Assembly: GCA_964016885.1 (NCBI GenBank)
Contig: OZ024743.1
Coordinates: 20,956,001-21,020,000 of the forward strand
Direction: 5' to 3'
Source: Eledone cirrhosa
Taxonomy: Eukaryota
DNA length: 64,000 nucleotides
Part shown: piece by piece, positions 55,271-64,000 of the stretch
How positions within the stretch are numbered: the first letter of the stretch is position 1
How the letters are laid out: each line of letters starts with the position of its first letter
Made by a program: the position numbers and the translations under genes
Notes under the pieces: model-generated
Told to the model about the DNA's origin: nothing
Database searches by the model: none
The model's input: only the letters and a program-made list of their open reading frames with translations

Positions 55271-55802
55271 ACGAACACTGATTTATTCTTGTATGGCTTT
55301 CAATCCATCGGAACGCATAAAACTGGATGACATTTTACAAGCATTTTCAGAAAATACTGAATATCTACAACCTTGTTTAGATGTTCCTTCATCTAGTGTT
55401 GCTTTAGAAGGAACTTATTCAATTGAGATAGCACCACAGTCTGGTCAAACATCTCTAAGTCATAATACATCACATACTTTACTTCAGACATCACCAGGGA
55501 CTACCTCAGAAGTCAGCACAATGTTACGGAAAAATAGTCCAGGGGGAAAACTATCTTCTGCTAAAGCTCACAAATCAGGTGGCCATTTATTTGGTCGGCC
55601 ACGTAGTAACAGTTCAATTGCTCCATTTAATAACTCTCGGGGATCTGTTGTGATGACAGTTCAAAATTTTCATATGAGCTCACCACAGATTCGAATGCAA
55701 GCACCTTCTGTACCTATAGACAATAAGGTTGAAAGCAGTAATGTTTCTGACCAAGTTAGTGAAGTGTCACGTGAATTATGTCAGACTGTAACATCTGTAT
55801 GA
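55271..55802 (+). CDS. VKR: VKR last coding exon: kinase subdomain XI and Ser/Thr-rich tail ending ...CQTVTSV*
   Basis: TTTCAG acceptor in phase 2 with the 40024 exon; RTLIYSCMAFNPSERIKL...YLQPCLDVP, open to TGA at 55800-55802. Confidence 0.9.
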
Positions 55803-57813
55803 AAGTTAGTTGATCATGTAGATATATTTTATTGTCCAAAAGAGAAAGAACAAAAGGAAAATCTTCTCATCCAAAGAAATTATGAGAAAAAAAACTAAGA
55901 AATCAATAATTTTCAGATATTGACATTCCATGTGAAGTTTTCTTTCATTGTTCAAAGTGTATCAGTTGGTTGCTCACAGCCTGTCTTCCCTCAATGAAAA
56001 TATACATGGTCACTTGAACAGAGTTGATCACTGGAACTACCAATGCAGATTGCAACCTCTTGATATGTTTCAACTCTATAAAAGCCCAAAGTCTATATCT
56101 GGTAATTCTTTTAATGACAATAAGAATTAGAACTTCCATTACTGTTGATCATATCAAACTTTATACAAAATTATGTATTCATTTTTCTTACTGTTTTTAT
56201 TTTGTTTATCATGATGTTATTACAGACCTTGTTTTTAAGGTTGTAATTTATCAAACATTAAATTCTTAAAATAACATCTCTCATGGAATATCTATGAACT
56301 AGTATCTTTGAAATATTTCTGTAAAATTAGTGTCAATCTTGAGGTCCCTTAATACTAATTGAAATCCCGTATAAAGAATTTCAAAATCCTTCCTAATTTC
56401 TTTGTTTACATTTTAGTTTCTATCTTTACATTGGATTTCAAATATATTTAATACCAACCAGATATAAAGCTGACATACTTCTTATAGAAACTTATTTTAG
56501 ATTTATTTATTAAAATTTTAAATAGGAACATAGCTTTTATGGTATTACAGAATCAACTTGAGTATCTCTCTATTACATTATTATGTTATGATAGAAAGAT
56601 ATTTTCAAAATATATGTATTAGTCTGTGTATTTTTGTACATGTGTATAAGAAAACTCACCATGTAAATATGTCTGTGTTTATAAATATAAATCTTTTACC
56701 AGGAATTTCTATTAAATGTGTAATGCATATCTCCATCATACATAATGATTTTCCACAAAAATAATATTTCAAAAGGCTTAAATTTTTTTCCCTATTTTTT
56801 TTCTTTCTTTTTATTGAATTTCTTGCCATACCAAACAGAATCTTATTATTTCCTACAAAATTAATGATATTTTATCTGCTGAGGAGTTGTTTGGAAATAT
56901 TGCCAATAATTTCTTTAAATAAGGTTGGGTGTCATTGTCTTGAAAATAAAGAAAATGACTTCAAGCTCAAGCCTACTTCTCTCTAATGAAATAATAAAAT
57001 GATAAAAATAACTTTACCATTTTTTATTATAGCTTTGTTTAAAGAATATGAAAAGATATTTCATTTTTATCTTGTTAATTTAACATTTATCAAATATTTC
57101 TTTTTTTAAGAAATGTATGAAGTAACATTTAAAATAAAATAGTATTTGGAAAACAATTCACAATACCTAAATAAAACCAAAATTCCATGTTGTATGCAAA
57201 TACAATTTGACGAAGAAATAATACTACAAACAAAAGCATTGTCTAACCATGGTGGTTTTCCATAAATGGTAAAACTCACCAGAGGGAATATGAACCACTG
57301 GAATAATGAAAGAAATAAGGAAGGAAAGAAAAAAAACAAAAGAAGATGAATAATGATCTGGGGACATTTTTCATTATATTATGAAATTAAATGAATATAA
57401 ATATGAAAGTATGTAAACTAAAAGTTTGATTCTGAGACAGATGGAAATGGTTTTTATTTCTTAACATGCAAAGAAAAAATTAATTCTATTACGACAAATT
57501 CCTGAATTCAATTATGAAAACTTAATTAAGTAAAAGAAAAAGAATCTCTAAGATTATCTTTTAAATTTCTGTTATGTCAAGTACATGTGCTGAAGAGACA
57601 TATACATATAAGATATATAAACAAAAGTTGAAAAAGTGGGCTAAATTCTATACCGTGAGGAAAAAGAGAATTCTGGCATTTCAGGCAGAATCCTTCATCA
57701 GAGAGAAAGAGAGATAAGTTCTTTAATTTCTCACAGCATTAAATTTATTCCTCTGTTTAAACTCTTTGTATCAGAATTTGCCAGCACAGGTCATCACTAG
57801 TTTCCTCAAATTC

Positions 57814-57855
57814 TGCTGATATATATACATATATATATATGTATATATATCAGCA
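57814..57855. repeat. Perfect 42-bp palindrome
   Basis: tgctgatatatatacatatatatatatgtatatatatcagca equals its own reverse complement. Confidence 0.9.
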
Positions 57856-59034
57856 TAATATCCTATGGTGTAGTGAAGAGGAGAATGTCAGGAAAACCAA
57901 TAACAAATGAACAATCTCAGTTTATGTTAACTAAACACAAACTACCTAATAACTTGATTTCGACAATGTCCTTGTTGGAAATGAAAGAGAAAAACTCGGG
58001 TAATACATCAATAATCAAAAACTTGAAAATATTAACAAAAAGGTAACTGAAACGAAATCAAAAGATAATTAGCATGCTGAATGAATCTTTGGGGAGGAAT
58101 TATGATTGCTCCCTTCTATCACCTACTTCATATATGAAATCTAGTATATTTTTTGATTCAAACTGCCCTAATGTATGTTCGTATACATAATCATGAAAAT
58201 GAAATCTTAAGAGCTTGAAGGGCCCTTAAACCTAAGGTTTTTATGATCAAAATGTTTTCAATCATAACTATGTTATTTCTTTAACATAATTTGTTTTTTC
58301 TTCTAAGTATAATTGGATAGGTTGTAGTTATTTCTTAAATTTTATTTTTTAATAATGTTTAGATATTTTAAATCATTTTTAGCTTAAGTTTACACATATC
58401 AATTTCAGTAATTGTGGCAAACTCATATGTGGTAATTTTCTTTCAATTATGATTTTTTTTTTTTTTTTTTTCAAATAAAAAGCTATTGTGAACAATAGTC
58501 TCATCAGATACTTGATTCCTCCAAAACAAATCCAATGAACCAATGGATGGTTTTCTACTGCTCAGAGATCTTTAAAGATAAATATAAATGGATACAAGAT
58601 TCTGTTGGCACTCCTGTACCTAGGAGAGAACACATCAGGTGTGAAGTGGAGATGTGTTCTTTCAGTGAACTAATCTGAAAGTTGCAAAACAATAAGCAAG
58701 AACTATTTACAGATTATGTTTAATCAACCAAAGATACAGGGGTTAGCACTAATGGAACAGTGTATACCTCCACAATTTCCATATGCTTTTGATAATAAAT
58801 GAAACAAAATAAAAAATCTGACTGTTTGTATTAGAAAATTTCATAATGTTAATAAATGGACTATGTTGAATCAGGGAAGGTTAATTTGTTTTACATATTT
58901 CGGGCAGGAGGTTTTGTTTATTTAAATTTTTAAAAACATTCAGTTTGCTCCCTTGTGCAAGTCCATTACTGGATTAGCCTATTTCATTTTTTTTTTTAAT
59001 ATATTTTCATTAAGAAATATCGACACAGAAATTT

Positions 59035-59303
59035 GTGTGCATATATATATATATATATTTGCATGCATGTGTATGTGAATATATAAATATTTGTACGTAT
59101 AGATATATATGTATGCATATATATATATTATATATGTGTGTGTGTGTAAATATTTATATATATATATACACACACACATACAAACATATATATGTGTGTG
59201 TATATATATATATATGTAAATATATATATATTTACTTATATATTCATATATATGTAAATATATATATATATATATATTTACATATATATATTATATATAT
59301 GTA

Positions 59304-59334
<31 letters not shown>

Positions 59335-59992
59335 GTGTGTTATATTTGTTTTATTTTCCTTAATATATATAAAAAGGTTTCTATTTTTGTTTATCTATTA
59401 AATGCATATGTTTATTTTACAAAACATACAAATACAAGCAATTTTCAAATTTTTCCCCCTTAATTTAAATTCACCAAATCAATGCCCATATAAATTCCAT
59501 TTTGCTAAAAAAATTAAAAAAGAACATATTTGAGAGGATACAAATGTCTTTGAATATTGCATTTCTGTTGAGTTTTGTATTTTTTCTTGTTATTACAGTC
59601 AGTATATATTCACAAGAGTTCTAATTCAAAGAAAAAAAAACAATCTTTCAATTATCAACATCATTTTTAATACCAAACTCAAATCCTTGCACACCAATGA
59701 ATAAATCAACCTATATATATATATATATATATATGTGTGTATGTGTATATTATGTATATATATATGTATGTATGTATAATGTATGTATATGTATGTATAT
59801 GAGTATGTATATCTGTATATATATATAACATATATATATGCATATTTAAATATATATATATAAATATATATATATACATAATATATACATACATATATAT
59901 ATATATAAATATATATATATGTATATGTACACACAAACATATATATGCATATATACATATATATAATATATATATATAATATGTATGCAAAC

Positions 59993-60033
<41 letters not shown>

Positions 60034-60365
60034 TATATAATATGTATGCAAACATTATATATATGTGTATATGTATATATAATATGTATGCAAACATATA
60101 TATATATGTGCATATATATATGCACATATATATATATATATATGTTTGCATACATATTATATATACATATACACATATATTATATATATATATATATATA
60201 TATAATATGTGTATATGTATATATAATATGTATGCAAACATATATATATATATACATATATATATAAATGTGTGCATATATATAATATGCACACACACGC
60301 ACACACACACATATGTGAGTGTGTGTACATATGTATGTATTTATATATGCATGCATCTGTGTATG
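59035..60365. repeat. Compound TA/CA/TG microsatellites, including a repeated tatataatatgtatgcaaaca unit
   Basis: Direct inspection; unique spacer at about 59345-59710. Confidence 0.9.
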
Positions 60366-60487
60366 TATGGAGATTTGATCTTTCAAGAGATCAGTGCAAA
60401 TGTACAAACTAGCAGCTACGAGGGGATTGTCTTATCTCCATGCAGCTTCAAAAGTTAAATGTTTTTCATAATAACGAGCAAATGTCA

Positions 60488-60565
60488 ATGATGATGATGA
60501 TGATGACAATGATGATGATGACGACGATGATGATGAGGAGAATGATGATGATGATGATGATGATG
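60488..60565. repeat. (GAT)n microsatellite
   Basis: Direct inspection. Confidence 0.9.
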
Positions 60566-60999
60566 TGAGCACACCTTTGAAATTTCTGTGAAAAGGAGTG
60601 TGGAGAAATGAATTGAAACAAATAAAATGATATTTCGTTTTTCTGTCTTCTCTTCTTTTATATACTTTCAAGCATTTGATAAATTGTTGATGGTGTATTT
60701 ATTTTATTGCTCTTAAAACCAACTGATTGATGATTACTTTGAAGTTGTTCATTACTTAATGATAAATTGTTGCTAGCCTTCTCATCAGACAAAACATCAT
60801 TTACTTCATCTGTACCAACAATGTTTACTTTTAGTTATAGAAGCTATCATAAATTTCCGCATTTTATTCAGCCTGGCAGATATATGACCACAAAATGTTC
60901 AGTTTAAAAGTCAGACTATGTTGACCTATCTACTTACCATGAGGTATAAATATTAGATAGGCTATAATTGAATTATGCATAGAACTTATGATGAATGCC

Positions 61000-61636
61000 T
61001 ATAATAATTATTTCTAACATTGGCACAAGGCCAGCAATTTAGGGGAAGGTAAAGGCAATTAAATAACCCAGTACGAAAACTTTATTTATTTAACATAGGC
61101 ATAAGAGAGTCACCATATAAAGGGTACATTGTGTGTATTTGAGATATATCGAGGTTTAATATTGCATTAAATTTTGGCTAGGAAAGTTACACAATAGAAT
61201 AAGAGACAAATAAACCACCATAAGTGAAACTTAAGGGTCAGTCCATACTTGACTTGTACTTTATTTTATTACTGCCTGAAAGGATAAAGGGCAAAGTTGA
61301 CCTGTGTAGGATTTTACCTCAGAAAATAAAAGTCCATAACTAAATGGTGCAAAGTATTTCTCTTTCCCTAAATTGCTGGCCTAGGTTAGAAAGAATTGTT
61401 ATTATTGAGGGAGAATCCAATTATTCTCCCTCAATAATAATTATTTCTAACCTAGGCACAAGGCCAGCAATTTAGGGAAAGAGAAACTCGATCATATCAA
61501 CCCTAGTACTTAAATAGTACTTTATTTTATCAACCCCCAGAAGGATGAAAGGCAAGGTTGACCTAAGAAAGGTTTGAACTCAATGTTGCAAAGGATTTTG
61601 TCTAATGCTTTAACAGTTCTGCCAATCCACTACCCT
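61000..61636 (-). mobile_element. Cluster of SINE family A copies with an internal fold-back
   Basis: ggcacaaggccagcaatttaggg at 61022 and 61455; cores at ~61255 and ~61515. Confidence 0.7.
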
Positions 61637-62299
61637 AAATAAAATTAAGTTAGTTATATAAGTTTACCTATAAAATCTTTTATAACATAACCTGTTGAAG
61701 TTGTTCTAGTAACTGATTCACAGGGAATGTTAGTTAAACTTTTTCACTTCTTTGTTATTTGTGGGTTTATTTTTCACATGTATGTCTGGGTGGTTAGTAA
61801 CAGAAATAGAAGAATATCAGACAAGAAACTTTGTGATAATTGGATTACATCCTTATATAGCCAGGGATCAAGTTCCATCCAGTTCAACTTTGCTCTTCAT
61901 CTCTCCAAGGTTGATAAAGTACCTATGAGGAAATTACAGTTACAGCTCTCAGTCACATTCAAGTATGATTTGCTTACTCACATTCAAGTATCTACTTTGC
62001 TTACTCTATGGGTCGGGCTGCAGGGGAACCTAAAGGTTCCCCTGCAGCCCGGGGGAAGATACAGGCATGCTCTCAATCATTTTACACTCCATCCAATAGA
62101 ACATCCTGGATGTGACAGCTGGAAGGAGAGAGGGCTGCACCAGCACTGAGCTGTTACCTTTTCATCAACCACAAATGACTGAAAAACAAAGTGGAACTCA
62201 GCTAGATATTAACTCAATATGCAGAGACCTGAGAAAATATCCAACACTTTAATTCCTGTGACAAATTGACCAACTACCAGTCTATGTCTAGTCAATATT

Positions 62300-62414
62300 G
62301 TTCAAATCCCGCCAAGGTTAACTTTGCCTTTCATACTTACTGGGTCGATAAAATAAAGTACCAGTAATACACTGGGTATTTGCTGGCCTTGTGCCAAAGG
62401 TAGAAACAATTATT
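62300..62414 (+). mobile_element. 5'-truncated SINE family A
   Basis: gttcaaatcccgcc...gctggccttgtgccaaaggtagaaacaattatt. Confidence 0.8.
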
Positions 62415-62472
62415 AACTGTACTGTTGAAAGTAGTATCCCATAATGTCAGTAAAAGAAATACAAACACATAA

Positions 62473-62790
62473 GAAGTCAATGTACTTGAATCTTACATCA
62501 TTTTATTGATTACATTATTACTGTTATATATATTTCAGTGGTATCTATTGTATAATAGATGCGACCTTATCAGACAGCTGTTATGTAATCTTTTGTTCAT
62601 CAAATGATATGTCAGCTGGGCATTGGAGAAGAAACCTCAAAGCCTGCCTGAGATGTATACAAAAGATTACACAATAGCTCTCTGATAAGGTTGTATCTAT
62701 TACATAATCGATACCACTGAAATACATATATATATATAATAGTAGCAAAGTAATCAATAACATTATGTAAGATTCAAGTACATTGACTTC
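62473..62790. repeat. Imperfect fold-back (~130-bp arms, ~50-nt spacer) containing a decayed hammerhead-like motif
   Basis: gaagtcaatgtacttgaatcttacat at 62473 pairs with atgtaagattcaagtacattgacttc ending at 62790; pairing continues inward. Confidence 0.85.
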
Positions 62791-63580
62791 ATTATTATAT
62801 TAATACTCCACATTTGTTAGTGGATCAACAAGTACAACCTGAAAATCAATAATTGATTAACTAACACCAAAGAACCATATATATATATTTTATTATTATT
62901 TTTTTTTAATTTTTACTGGTTTCAGTCATTAGATTGAGGCTATGCCTTGAAATGGTTTTGTGTCAATCATATCAACTCCGTATATAAATTATCTTCTTAT
63001 TTTATCAATCTATAATTCACAAACTGGTAAGTTATGTGACATAAAATATCATCACCTGATTTTAAGTAGTGTCAAATACAGATAGGAATACACACATTAG
63101 GCTTCTGTACAGCTTCCATCGACCAAATTTTACTCTCAAGGCATTAAAAAGCAAGTTGTTAACCATATAATCATACCTACACCTCTGCTGAATAGCAGGG
63201 AAAAGCAGACGTAAAATGATGATCATGATCATGATATATATGGTTGTGGTGATGACATGATAAATCACCCTTTAAGGAGATCATGTCTGTGACACAACAA
63301 AAAGCACCTATTGAAACCTGTAAAGTGGTCATATTGGTGGGCACAACATAAGGTACTCAGTCAACCCTGTGGAGCAATCAAATTGGTGACGTGAAAAAAG
63401 CCCCCAGCCAAACTGTAAAGGCATAGAAACAAAATCAGAAACTCTTCTGTATGAGCAAGATATGATCACCTGATGTGACTTGTCTCACAATGGGACAACT
63501 CATTTGACCCATGTTAACATGCATAAATGATGTTAAACAGTGATTATGATGATGATATGTGTGTGTGTATGTGAGTCAGT

Positions 63581-63870
63581 AGGTACATGGTTTAGCATAT
63601 TCAGCTCATGGTCGTATGTCATGAGTTCAATTCCCAGCAATACATTAGGTCCTTGAGCAAGGCACTTTATTTCATGCTGCTCCACTACACACAGCTGGCA
63701 AAAATTAGATGTACCTGTAATTCAAAGGGTCACTGTGTTATGCTGGATATCTCTAAGAATTATATTAAGAGTACATATGTCTATGTAATGTTCAGTCACA
63801 TACATGTTAATTTCATGAACTCGCTGTTCCATTGATCAAACAACTGGAACACTCATCACCAAAACCAATA
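63581..63870 (+). mobile_element. Decayed SINE family B
   Basis: gagttcaattccc B box and ccttgagcaaggcactttatttca core. Confidence 0.65.
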
Positions 63871-64000
63871 GATGAGAGGAAGAATAAGGTATGTATGTGC
63901 GTGTGAGTATGTGTGCAGTTCACCATGCAAATAACATTGAAAGAGTAGAGTTTATATATTCATTTGATCAAAGTCAAAAACTCACTTCAACATGATTCCA

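Noticed and set aside
55803-59000. Specific polyadenylation site for VKR
   Set aside because: Many AATAAA hexamers occur in this AT-rich DNA, so none can be chosen without transcript data.
58979-60671. ORFs of 60-157 aa, including a poly-Ser ORF
   Set aside because: Microsatellite translations of TA/CA and GAT repeats.

Overview
AT-rich, repeat-dense animal genomic DNA. The repeat complement looks cephalopod (Octopus-like) to me; this is from recall, not a search. The backbone is the 3' part of one + strand, intron-rich gene. Nine exons with GT-AG boundaries and matching phases (5261 to 55802) encode the end of a Venus-flytrap (GABA-B/ANF-receptor-like) ectodomain, one TM helix and an insulin-receptor-like tyrosine kinase, i.e. 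a Venus kinase receptor (VKR). Introns and flanks hold tRNA-derived SINEs, MITEs, a non-autonomous Helitron, decayed LINE pieces, five copies of a bipartite RTE-derived element and a 5'-truncated R4/Dong-type LINE with an open ORF. The last two sit in (TA)n/(TATG)n microsatellite. Two things stand out. First, there are minimal type-I hammerhead ribozymes of the Penelope/retrozyme kind in a ~450-bp tandem array (1-1700) and at 43437. Second, a 428-bp fold-back at 49293-49720 has two arms that both differ from the 43437 copy almost only by A-to-G on the + strand. This looks like an ADAR-hyperedited dsRNA hairpin that was reverse-transcribed back into the genome, with the ribozyme GAAA core changed to GAGG. 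All alignments and counts were done by eye.
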